The notes beneath the pieces were generated by a model, which worked only from the letters and a program-made list of their open reading frames with translations, ran no database searches and had not been told where the DNA came from. From Octopus sinensis (lineage: Eukaryota), in NCBI RefSeq assembly GCF_006345805.1, contig NC_043021.1, positions 11,284,001 to 11,348,000 on the forward strand: DNA of 64,000 bases, given 5' to 3'. Positions 12,083 through 23,969 of the stretch are shown piece after piece (within the stretch, counting starts at the first letter, position 1; each line of letters opens with the position of its first letter). Made by a program: the position numbers and the translations under genes.

Positions 12083-12134
12083 GTCTCCGATGAAGGGATA
12101 TTATATATTAATATCCTAGAAACAGCTGTAAGAC
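12083..12134 (+). ncRNA. Degenerate minimal hammerhead motif
   Basis: GTCT CCGATGA A GGGATATT..AATATCCT A GAAAC AGCT GTA AGAC. Stems I and II and the palindromic ACAGCTGT are present; core U4 is C. Confidence 0.55.
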
Positions 12135-13479
12135 CTTCTATCTATAAATGCTCTAACTATACAGCCTTGGTTTTTTATCTCATTACACAAAAAATTCTTA
12201 TATACACACACTGACATAGAACCAACGTTGAACCCTTTATTCACAATATTACTGAATCTGGAACTTAACTATGGTCTGTTTATAGCACTTATTCAGCATT
12301 ACCTGACACCTTTGGGTCTCAATAACACCATTATCTCTTATATATATACATATATATATATATATGGGCCTGCTCGCTTAGCCAGTGGGGTGGCGTCATT
12401 CGAAGGCTAAAACAATGCGAACGCATTGTGACCAGCGATGTGTAACAACATCTGATGGTCTGGTCGGTCACGTAAAAAAAAAAATATATATATATATAAT
12501 AGATAGATATAGATATATATGGTGGGTTTCTAGGTTAAACATCCCATATAACCTCTCATAACCTTTTAAGTTTTTGGAATTTTTAGAAAAATTTTGAGAA
12601 CTTCTGTTCTACACACAGCAATTCATACGACTGAGAAAAAATTAACTCCCTTCCCCACGAATTTGCACTCTTTTCTTAATTTTTTACGGAGATGTACTTG
12701 CATAGCAAGTGACCTGATCTGAGAGCGTGTGCTGGAACAAATTGTGTTTCTTAAATGGTTTATATACACCTTCCATGCTGCAATTGTCTTAATTTTTTTC
12801 TTTTTTATTAAATCACAGTTTGAAATACGGACAATCCGGAATTTTTGTTTAAATGCCAATAATGATCCACCGTTGGGTGAATCATTATTCCATTAAATGT
12901 GTTTAAGGGGATGAGAAAGAAGCGAGGAAGTACCAGAAGGTCGAGTGATGTGCTAAAAATAACAGCTTATTTAATTTTTTTTTCTCTTTGTAGCATAATC
13001 GTATGAATTCCTGTGCGTAGATCACAAATTCGCGAAAATTTTCTGCGAATTCCAAAAAAAATATAATAAAAACGAGGTGCTTAAAGCCAGAATTCCGTCT
13101 TCCCGGATTTCTGGAAGCCGGATAAGAGATCCGGCACTGTATTGACATTTCATAATTGACTTCGTCAATCCAAACACAACTTCCTTAAAATCTGGTCTTC
13201 CGCCGGTGTTCAACGTAATTTTGCTCCGTCTTACGTTTCGGCTGTAAAGACGAACGTACGCCAGCTGCAAAATATTGACGATTTGTTTACTCGTTATGAG
13301 TTAACAACGATTGTCGGTCGTGTATTGACGTCATTTTTGTTTTTTCATTGTTTCACTGTACCATTAGTTTTATCGTTAGTTAGTCGCCATCAATATCGTC
13401 ATATAATTGTCCACCTAAACAACTGTTAACTAAACATTCATGACCAGACCAACATGTGACGGAAACAGCCGATAACAAC

Positions 13480-13925
13480 CCCGCTCACTCATTCTCTCTC
13501 ACACTTATCCTCTACTTCTCTATTTTCTCTCTTTTCATCCTGTTTCTCTTTCTTTATCCTCCTCTCATTTTTTCGTCACCCTCCTCCTTCTATCTTACTC
13601 CCTTTATTCTTTTTCTCCATCCTCACCTACCTTTTTCTCATTCTGTATCTCCTCTTTACCTCTCTCTCTCTCTGTTTTATTACTTTCTCCACCCTCCCCT
13701 CATTTTTCGCTTTGCACTTTCTCTATCCTCCCCTTCAGTGTGCCGATACTTTCTTCACCTTTCCCTTCCTCTCTCTTTCCTCTTTTCCTCTATCTTATCC
13801 TCCTACTCATTCCTTACCTCCCCATCTCTCCTCTCTTCCTCCTACTCAAGCTTTTCGCTTCTTCCCTCTTCTCTCTCTCTCCTCCCCCTCTCTCTGTGTC
13901 TATCTTCCTTTCTATCTACCAAGCC
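13480..13925. repeat. CT-rich polypyrimidine tract upstream of ARMC5
   Basis: About 440 bp dominated by C and T on the plus strand. Confidence 0.8.
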
Positions 13926-14554
13926 TCGTTCTCGACCGCTAGTGGTGCTGTTATAACGTGTTGTTCCAGCTCCGCACTCACAATCCATCATCAACAACCG
14001 GCGAAAATGGAGTCTAATAAACCCCCGTTATTGTGATTAACTCTTGTCTCCTGGCCGCTGGCTTGCTTTGGCCTGGCCCCCACTTGCTTAAATGCCTGAT
14101 ACGTGTAGATGACACCACCACGCATAAGACACAACATACACACTCACACACACATATATATATATAAATAGATATACATTATACTTTAAGTCTGTTGAGG
14201 CAACTAAGTCTAGCGTAGGGTTCACTACTATGTGGACCTTTTTATTTCTTTTGCCCGCCAATCCTTTTAAATAATGTGGTATCTATGACCCCACTAGCTC
14301 GTATCGACAGAGCAGCAGGCGAGCCTCATCTGAGCTTTTATAAACTTCATATAGTTTAACCCTTGTGATAGGTCTATACACACACCAATACTTAATGCGA
14401 CCTTTCTAGTCCTTCAGTAACAAGATATATATTTATACACACACACATACACACACACTATGGACATTGCACATTTCTACATTTCTGTGCCATTTACGTA
14501 TATTCATTGTTAAAGGCAGTTGAAGAATTCGTGTAACGAACGACATACGAGAAC

Positions 14555-15337
14555 ATGGATTCTGTGTCGTGTCGTGAAATTATATCTAGACTGAGCTGGG
14601 CCATATCGAACGAAAAACACCCGTTCGATTCTTCGCATTGCTCCTCAGCCCTGCACCAGGCTCTGTTGAAGCTGAGGACGTCGTTCTCTCGCAACAAGGA
14701 GGCTAGGAATAAACTGATCGAACTTAACATTGTGCCCAAGTTGTTCAGCCTGTTGAAGAAACCTCAGAGATACTTCAACGAAGAACCGGTACCAGAAAGA
14801 GGAAAACAGCAGCATCGCAATGGAGAAGGACATCAACAGCAACAACTGCAGCAACATGAAGAAGCAGCGACCGAAAAAGGGGATGGGATATCGGCCACTG
14901 AGACGAAAGATCATTTGAGTTGTTCGAAAGAAATTGGAGGACACGACATCAAGAACAAGATGCCAGGTACTGTTAAGAGACTCGAGGGTTTCGGCCCCGA
15001 TCCGTCCAGTGACCAGGGCAGCAGAGTTCCATCATCCAGTACCAATAATACGGAGATTCTCACATCGGCAGCTACACCGACTCCAACAGCAACAACATCA
15101 AGGACGACAGCAATAACATCGTCATCATCGCCGTCGGCGGCGTCATTGTCAACTGTTGATGATGGCTGGAACAAGTCTGCAAACCGATGGCAAGATGATG
15201 GTGCTGCTGTTGCTGGTTCTGGTTCCACCGTCGTCTCCCAGCGTTGCTCGAACGACGTCCAAAAAGCGAACGACATTACAGACCTTCTGCTCAGCGTCCT
15301 CGGTAACTTTTGCGTGGAACCGACCGTCAGGAAACAG
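14555..15337 (+). CDS. ARMC5: ARMC5 coding exon 1 (261 codons)
   Basis: ATG 14555 MDSVSCREIISRLSWA... to LLLSVLGNFCVEPTVRKQ, donor CAG|gtgaga. ARM-like helices flank a Q/T/S-rich insert. Confidence 0.88.
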
Positions 15338-15602
15338 GTGAGAAACACTACTACTACTACTACTACTACCACCACTACTATTACCACTACTACTACTACC
15401 ACTTCGCTTCGCTTCACGCTTCATGTTCTTGATGGGAGTGGGGTCATCTCAGGTTAGTGGGGCCCAGAGATGTCATCATGACTACTACCTATTACTTTGA
15501 TGATGATAATAATAATAATAATAATTCTATTATAGGCACAAGACCTGAAATTTTTTGGGGGGAGGGGGCTAGTTCATTACATCGGCCCGGTACTACTTAA
15601 GA

Positions 15603-15832
15603 AGAGTGGTCCCGGTGCGCGCACTCGCGTACTTGCGCATCCGCGCTAGCTAGTCGTGACTAGTCGATCCTTACTTTGTGTTTTTGTTTTATTTACTTTG
15701 TTTTTAAAAAATTATTTACTTTGTGGAAAAAAAAATTATTTTATGTTTTTACTTTGCTAGGTAGTCGTTGTAGGATCGACTAGTCACGACTAGCTAGCGC
15801 TGATGCGCGAGTGCGCGCACCGGGACCACTCT
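15603..15832. mobile_element. CpG-rich MITE with long TIRs in ARMC5 intron 1
   Basis: agagtggtcccggtgcgcgcactcgcg...gcgctagctagtcgtgactagtcgatcct and its reverse complement flank a T-rich core. Confidence 0.75.
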
Positions 15833-18449
15833 AAAGTGGTACCCATCGACCCACCCCAGTGTTCAACTGGTTCTTATTAATTCCCTCTGACTGAAAAGGT
15901 GCATGGCTTAATGGCTGGATCGTGGTTTTGAACCCCGGACCGAGCGGTCGGTGCTGTTGTGGTCTCGAGTGAAAACAGCTTCGTTTCCACATTGCGTCAG
16001 TCCACTCGGCTGTTAACGGGTAAACCTGTGACGGACGGGGATCCTACTCAGGAAGGAACATTGAGATAACGCTTTAACAGGCCCCTAGAAGTTGTAGGAC
16101 TCGAAGCAAGTAATCTCCATCGGGTTCATTTTACTCTACTCCACTTTTTTTGACTTCTGATTTAGTCACTAGCCGATACTATTGATTCCAGTATTTAGCT
16201 GGTATTCTACTAAATCGACCCCGGGGGAATGAAAGGCGAAGTTGACCTCGGCGGGATTTCTGTTCAGAACCTAAATAAGTGGAATAAATACCACCAGGTA
16301 TTTTGTCCAACTCTCTGGCGATTGCTATGAACGATTTTTTTTCATTAACTAAAGGGTCCGAACGTAAATTTTAAGGAGACAAACAACACCAGGACGAATT
16401 TTCTTTTTCTTTATCCTCTACTTATTTATTATATTGCATAAAAACAAGATAAGGTGTTTTGGAATTGCGGTTCCTAGTCTCATTACCTTAAGGGGCCAAA
16501 AAAAAAAAAAAGAAAAGAAAAGTTGGGGTACCGAAGTGAAAAGGAAAAATTTCAGGATCGCTATTTCCGTTGTATGAAACAGAAAAATATAATTGATTAG
16601 TCCTCCTTCCTTAAAATCTCAGGCCTTGTGTCTATAATAGAAAAGATAATAGTTACAATAATTCTTACAAAATTTTGGCTCAAGGCCAGCAATTCTAGTG
16701 GGAGTCGGGGTTAGTACTTGACTGGCGCTTACTTCATCGACCCTGAAATGACGAAGGGCAAAGTTGACGTCGGCGGTATTTGAACTCAGAACGCAAAGTC
16801 CCGGAATGAATGCCTCTAAAACATTTTGTCCGATGCGAAAATGATTCTGATAATAATAATAATAATAATAAGGCAGTGAGCTGGCTCCGCATATTTGGCC
16901 AAAAACAAATTCTGCAAAAAGTCAAAAATGAAGAGTTCAAATTCCGCCGAGGTCGACTTTGCCTTTCATCCTTTCGGGGTCGATAAATTAAGTACCGGTT
17001 GCGTACTGAGGTCGATCTAATCGATAATGGTTTCACATTTTGGCGCAAGGTGTCAGCAAGTTCAGAGTAAGTCGATTACATCGACTCCACTGCTTGACTG
17101 GTACTTATTTTATCGGCCCCCGAAGGATGAAAGACAAAGTCGACCTCGGCGGAATTTGAACTCAGAACACGAAGACGGACAAAATGCAGCTGAACGTTTT
17201 CTCCGACGTGGAAATTATTCTGCCAGACGACAACAACAATAATAATAATAATAATAATAATGATAATTATTATTTCTAATACAACCACAGACATCGATGA
17301 AAAAAAATGGTAGGGTAGAGGCGATTATATCAACCCATCTCCTGCCTAGTATTTGATTGCCACTTTAGCTTATTGACAGTAAACGGATAAAAATATTTAA
17401 AAAGATAACGCGCAGATGACTTCAGCGGGATTTGAACCCAGAACGTAAAGAGACTTAACTAAAAGTTGCTCATCACTGTCCAACACTCCGTAACATGTAT
17501 GTATATTAGGGGAAATCTTAATACGAAAGATTACTTAATAGCTATATTAATAATTATTAATTATTGCAGTGATAAGGGATTTTGGTAATCGTTAGGTCCA
17601 TAGAAAACTTTGGGAGAGGGGACACGACCGATGACGTAAGGTTAAGAAATTCCGTATTAATCCCAGTGAGACAGGACAGGGTAGGGCTTTAAACTAAATA
17701 TCGTCTGAAGTCAATCAAATCGGTCCATTAATTGACCGGTATTTATTTTTATCGATTTTTCGCGAAGAACGAAAGGCAAAACTGATTTGTGCGTAATTTG
17801 AACCCGGGGGGGAAATTTTCAATATTTACGATTGTTTTTTTTTTTTATTTATTATTATTTTTTTTACGGAAGCATATTTAGCAACCACAGACATATGTGT
17901 GTGTATGTATGTATGTATGTGTAACTTCGAGCCTTGCATCGGTTCTCTGTAGATTTTAGAATTACGCAGTGAACCATTAAATTAGTATGACAGGTGCTGA
18001 ACCGAAAGTTCATAGAAGGTGATTTAACATAATCTGTTATTCAAATAGTATCGATTAGTATCAATTTCCTTTACTCTCTCTCTCTCTCTACATATGTATA
18101 ATATGTGAGAGAGAGTGAGTGCTTGTGCTTAGTGTATATATATACATTCTTTACATCCACCCGTTTTCGGGTATGGAGATTACGAATCAGGAAAAAAATT
18201 GACAAAAACCATCATTTCAAAATATCAATTTCTCCCCCCCCACTCCCCAATTTCACAAATTTCACTTGCTTATAGGAAAAACAAGTTGACGATGAGTCTG
18301 TCTGTCATTATTTCATATCACCTTTGTCTCTTATACTGTAGTGACAGTCCTGAATGTGACACACACTCCTGAAATAAAATATAGTTCATGCCGAGCAAAT
18401 ATGAAGAGTGATTTGATAATTGAAGTTTTCTTCTGTTTGTTCTTTCTAG

Positions 18450-18480
18450 GTTCTCAAATACCAAGGAATCAGAGTTCTCC
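18450..18480 (+). CDS. ARMC5: ARMC5 exon 2 (31-nt micro-exon)
   Basis: tctttctag|GTTCTCAAATACCAAGGAATCAGAGTTCTCC|gtaagt encodes VLKYQGIRVL. Phase 0 to 1 joins exons 1 and 3 in frame. Confidence 0.85.
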
Positions 18481-19974
18481 GTAAGTACACACAGGCATTC
18501 TTTTATTCTATAATTCTTTTACTTGTTCCAGTCATTTGACTGCAGCCATGCTGGAGCACTGCCTTTAGTCGAGCAAATCGATCCCATGACTTATTCTTTG
18601 TAAGCCTAGTACTTATTCTATCAGTCTCTTTTGCTAAACCACTAAGTTTCGGGGACGTAAACACATGAATATCAGTTTTCAGGTGATGGCAGGGGGTCAA
18701 ACACAGATATACACACATACACATAAATATATACATACATGTATACACACACACACATATATGTACGTGTCTGGTCCCCGTGCCGGTGGCACATAAAAAG
18801 CACCATCCGATCGTGGCTGTTTGCCAGCCTCGTCTGGCACCTGTGCAGGTGGCACGTAAAAAGCACCCACTACACTCTCGGAGTGGTTGGCGTTAGGAAG
18901 GGCATCCAGCTGCAGAAACACTGCCAGATCAGTCTGGGCCTGGCGCAGCCTTCTGGCTTCCCAGACCCCAGTTGAACCGTCCAACCCATGCTAGCATGGA
19001 AAATGGATATTAAACGATGATGATGATGATGTATACGGTGGGCTGCTTTCAGTTTTTATCTACCTAATCCACTGACAAGGTTTTAGTCAGCCCGAGGCTA
19101 TAGTAGAAGACACTTGCCCGAGGTGCCACACAGTGGGACTGAACCCAGAACCATGTGGTTGGGAAGCCAGCTCTTACCACACAGCCAAGCCTGATTTGCT
19201 TTTCTCTAATTTCCTTCTCTCAGTTCTGATGTTCTGCTATTGTTATTGTTGATAAGAATTGTGAGCTGACAGAACCATTAGCACACCAGGCAAAATGCTT
19301 AGCAACATTTCACTCCGTTTTTACGTTCTGAGTTCAAACTCCGCTAAGGTTGACTTCGCCTTTCATTCTTTTGGGGGGGTCGATAAAATAAGTACCAGTT
19401 GAACACTGGGGTCAATGTAATCAACTTAGCCCATCCCCCAAACCGTCTGGCCTTGTGCCAAAATTTGAAACATTACTATTATTATTACTATAAAAAGCAC
19501 CCACTACACTCATGGAGTGGTTGGCGTTAGGAAGGGCATCCAGCTGTAGAAACATTGCCAGATCAGACTGGGCCTGGTGCAGCCTTCTGGCTTCCCAGAC
19601 CCCAGTTGCACCGTCCAACCCATGCCAGCATGGAAAGCGGACGCTAAACGATGATGATGTTGATGATTATTATTATTATTAAGGTAAACTGGCAAGTTTG
19701 TTAGCATGCTGGCCAAAATCCAAAATGCTTAGTGGCATCTCATCTGTCTTTATTTACACACACACACACACACACAGATGGGCTTCCACACAGTTTCCGT
19801 GACAAATTCACTCACAAGCCTAGAGCTATAGTAGAAGACATTTACCCAAGGTGCCCTAGAGAAGAACTGAACTCAAAACCATGTAATTGCAAAGCAGGCT
19901 TCTTTACCACATACCCATTTTTATTTTTGCACCCATTCTTATTTCTGGTATATTCCGTTACCTACTCATATTTG

Positions 19975-20330
19975 GGCTTTGGTGTTGGAGAAAACTTTTA
20001 CGGATTCCATGGACAGAGAGGCTCACCAATGGAGAAGTTCTTAAGCAGATAGGGCTGAAAATGTCGCTAGAAGCTAGGATCACTAAGGATAGATTGGCAT
20101 TTTTCGGTCATATTATGCAGAGAAAATCCCTGGAGAAGGACATCATGCTTGGAATGGTCAGTGGTAAGAGAGGAAGAGGCCGACCAAGAACCCGCTGTCT
20201 TGACACCATCAAGAGTGATACCGGAATGGACATAGCCAATCTGAAAGAAGCGGCCCAGGATAGAAGTGACTGGAGGACACTGATCCAACGAGTGACCGAG
20301 AGTCGACTTCGACTGAGCAGATAAGAAGAA
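19975..20330 (+). mobile_element. RTE/BovB-type LINE 3' fragment in ARMC5 intron 2
   Basis: ORF LWCWRKLLRIPWTERLTNGEVL...FFGHIMQRKSLEKDIMLGMVSGKRGRGRPR...AQDRSDWR is the canonical RTE ORF2 end. Confidence 0.88.
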
Positions 20331-20514
20331 ACTCATATTCCAAGCACTGCTGTCTTCATAAAGCTGTGAGGAGCAGAATGGTAGATACAAACTGTAGGTT
20401 ATTTACAAGGTTATTTACAATTGTAGGAGCTCAAAGAAGTCGGTACTAAACTCCTTCCTTTCTTCCTCCTTGATAAACTCTCATCATGTTTTGCTTCTTT
20501 TCTTTTTCTTCCAG

Positions 20515-20701
20515 AAAGCATTCTTTTGGAGAGTAACAAAGAGAGTATCCAACGTCGTTGTTGCCGAACTCTGGCCAACCTTGCCATGGATTGTGCGTGT
20601 CGTAGGATCATCCACAAGACGGACATCACACAGCGAATCGTTCAACTGCTCGAGTACACCAATGACTCTGAGTGCCAACTAACATACTGTCATACACTCA
20701 G
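20515..20701 (+). CDS. ARMC5: ARMC5 exon 3
   Basis: Polypyrimidine acceptor ttccag and donor AG|gtaaaa. Encodes QSILLESNKESIQRRCCRTLANLAMDCACRRII..., resembling ARMC5 DSIQNRTARALGNLAME. Confidence 0.9.
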
Positions 20702-20704
20702 GTA

Positions 20705-21070
20705 AAATATATGTGTGTGTGTGTGTGTGTTAAGACCCTCTTCGGTCATGACTGACCGTGGGGTTGCACCTAGAAAGTTACCCTCCCAGGCACAAGTCCG
20801 GGGGCAAGGTTGTTTATGGAAGACCAGCAGTCGCCCATGCATACCGGCCTCCTCTCTCCACGCCACCAGTGTTATCCAAGGGAAAGGCAAAGGGGTCGAT
20901 ACAGCTTGGCACCTGTGATGTCGCAACTCATTTCTACAGCTGAGTGAACTGGAGCAACGTGAAATAAAGTGTCTTGCTCAAGAACACTACACACAGCCCG
21001 GTCCGGGATTCGAACTCACAACCTCACAATCGTAAGCCTGACGCTCTAACCACTGAGCCATGCGCCTTCA
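20705..21070 (-). mobile_element. tRNA-headed SINE, third family; related pieces near 42820-43080 and 46790-46940
   Basis: Minus strand shows GGCGCATGGCTCAGTGGTTAGAGC (A box) and GAGTTCGAATCCC (B box), followed by a non-tRNA body. Confidence 0.75.
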
Positions 21071-21071
21071 C

Positions 21072-21159
<88 letters not shown>

Positions 21160-22849
21160 TGCGTGTATATATATAATTATATATATGTAATTATATATAA
21201 TTATATATATGTAAGTACTGTCTTGGGTCTTAGGACTCATAGGGTCAGTTGTCCAGTTTCTATAGCCGTATAAGTGACCAAAATCACAATGTTCCCACTG
21301 AACAGGATGCCAGTCCATTGTGGGGTGATTTATTTGACAGCTGAGTGGACTGGGGCAAATTGAAACAGTGTTTTACTCAAAAACACAGCATACCACCTAG
21401 TCTGAGAATTGAACCTATGGTCTTGCCATTGTGAGTTCTATGACCTAACCACTAAGCCACATGCCTTCACTGTGTGTGTGTGGAGTTTGCTTCCTGACCA
21501 CATGTATCTGGGTTCAGTCCCACTGTGTGGTATGTTGGGCAAGTGTCTTCTACTATAACCTTGGGTCAACCAAAGCCCTGTGCATGGATGTGGTTGAAGG
21601 AAACGAAAAGAAGTGCTTGTGTGTGTTTGTGTTTTTTCCCCATCATCTTTTGACAACTGGTGTTGGTTTGTTTATGTCCCCATAACTTAGCAATTTGGCA
21701 GAAAGACACCTACAGAATTACTACCAGACTTTAAAAAAGAAAGTACTGGGATCAATTTGTTCTAAACCCCTTCTTCAAGGCAGTGCTGAAGCATGGCCGC
21801 AGTCCAGTGACAGAAATGGTATATGCCAGCTGTGTGAGCAACTGGTTGTTTTAATGGCGGAACAAACAGGGGAATTCCATTAGAAAAAGTTTTAATTGAT
21901 TTTCTTGGTAACTATGGGGGCTAGGAAAAAAATACAAACTGCATTCCAATCTATGCACCCATCTTCACACGTGTGCCATTTTTCACGTGAATCCACCCAG
22001 CCGTTTGGCTGTGAACCTCAAGACAAGAAAGAATACAACAATCGCCCATGTCCAATTTATATTATAGATAAGGTGAACTGGCAGAAACATTAGCAAGCCG
22101 GGCGAAATACTTAGCGGTATTTCGTCTCTCTTTATGTTCTGAGTTCAAATTCCACCGACGTCAACTTTGCCTTCCATCCTTACAGGATTGATAAATTAAG
22201 TACCAGTTGCATACTGGGATTGATCTAATCGACTGACCCCTTCCCCCGGCCGTTGCCAGCCTCGCCTGGCATCCGTGCCAGTGGCACGTAAAAAGCACCA
22301 TCCGATCGTGGCCATTTGCTAGCCTCGTCTGGCACCTGTGCTGGTGGCACATAAAAAGCACCCACTACACTCTCGGAGTGGTTGGCGTTAGGAAGGGCAT
22401 CCAGCCGTAGAAACATTGCCATATCAGATTGGGCTTGGTGCAGCCTTCTGGCTTCCCAGACCCCAGTTGAACCATCCAACCCATGCTAGCATGGAAAGCG
22501 GACGCTAAACGATGATGATGATTATATACATATATATATATGTAGGTATGTATACACACACACATACATAATTAACATCTATACATTCGCACTCACACAC
22601 TATACATTCATACATAAACACACACACAAACATATATGAAAGCACCCACTAAACTCTTGGAGTGGTTGGCATTAGGAAGGGCATCCAGCTGTAGAAACAT
22701 TGCCAGATCAGATTGGAGCCTGGTGCAGCCATCTAGTTCTCCAGTCCTCAGTCAAACCGTCCAACCCATGCCAGCATCGAAAGCAGATGTTAAACAATGA
22801 TGATTTGCATGTTTATATTAATATTTGTCCTTTGTTTTTCAACTCTCAG

Positions 22850-22990
22850 GTTATTTGGTGATTCCACCCAGCTGAACAAAACCATTATCAACTACAATGG
22901 TATAGCTGTTCTGTCTCGTCTCTCTAAGTTTGCTCCTCACATGGTCAAGTCTGCTGCTGTTAAGACAATGGCTGACTTAGGACGAACCAA
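22850..22990 (+). CDS. ARMC5: ARMC5 exon 4
   Basis: ctctcag|G TTA TTT GGT ... ACC AA|gtaagt; 141 nt, phase 2-2. Encodes LFGDSTQLNKTIINYNGIAVLSRLSK... Confidence 0.88.
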
Positions 22991-23969
22991 GTAAGTATTC
23001 CCTTTTTCCTTTCTTTTTCTTTTTTACACTGGAATTTACGTAAAATATTGGTTTCAAATATTTATTTCTTTATTGCCCACATAGAGGGGACAAACAAGGA
23101 CAGACAAAGTGATTAAGTCGATTACATCACCCCCCCAGTGTGTAACTGGTACTTATTTAATTGACCCTGAAAGGATGAAAGGCAAAGTCTACATCGGCAG
23201 AATTTGAACTCAGAACGTAACGGCAAGTAAAATACAGCTAAGCATCTTGCCCTGCATACTCTCTCTCGCTTTTACTTGTTTCAGTCATTTGACTGCGGCC
23301 ATGCTGGAGCACCGCTTTTAGTCAAGCAAATTGACCCCAGGACTTATTCTTTGTAAGCCTAGTACTTATTCTATCGGTCTCTTTTGCCGAAGCGCTAAGT
23401 TACAGGGGCATAAACACACCACCATCGGTTGTCAAGCTATGTTGGGGGGACAAACACAGACCCACAAACAGACACACACACATATATATACATATATACG
23501 ACGAGCTTCTTTCAGTTTCCGTCTACCAGGTAAAAGAACAACAGACTGGGTGTGTTAGGTTTATGGTCAAGAAAAATAGAAGTCTTTAATGTTTCGAGCA
23601 TATGCTCTTCTGCAGAAATGATAAATGAAGAGAGAAAAAATAAAATGTATTTGAATATAACAGTCAAGGCATGTTGAAATATATATTTACACACATACTA
23701 CAAACAATGGACATCCTACAGTTTTTTGTCTACCAATTTTACTCGTAAGGTATCAATCATCTACGCACAGTCCCATACTGTTGAAATGAACTCAGAACCA
23801 CATGAAAGCATTTTTTTGTCTTTTGTTTCAACTCAGAGAGTTTTGTCTGAAATATAACCCCTGAAATTACGCACATTTTTTTTATGTAAAAATTCTAAAC
23901 AAATTTGGAAAAAAACTAAGCCCTCGATTTTAAATATTTTTCTTTGTTTTCTATTTTTTCTATTTCTAG

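Noticed and set aside
12623-13270. Minus-strand ORFs of about 80 aa as a small gene
   Set aside because: No domain or consistent splice pattern; overlaps a DNA-transposon-like terminus and probable promoter sequence.
13456-14036. Hydrophobic 166-aa and 98-aa ORFs resembling membrane proteins
   Set aside because: Artefact of the CT-rich tract (Leu/Ser/Phe/Pro codons).
15338-15457. Poly-Thr C-terminus of the 300-aa ORF
   Set aside because: It is intronic (ACT/ACC)n after the CAG|GTGAGA donor; the ARM repeat continues in exon 2.
20990-21070. tRNA gene
   Set aside because: A and B boxes are present but there is no proper acceptor or anticodon stem, and it continues into a SINE body. The same applies to the other SINE heads.
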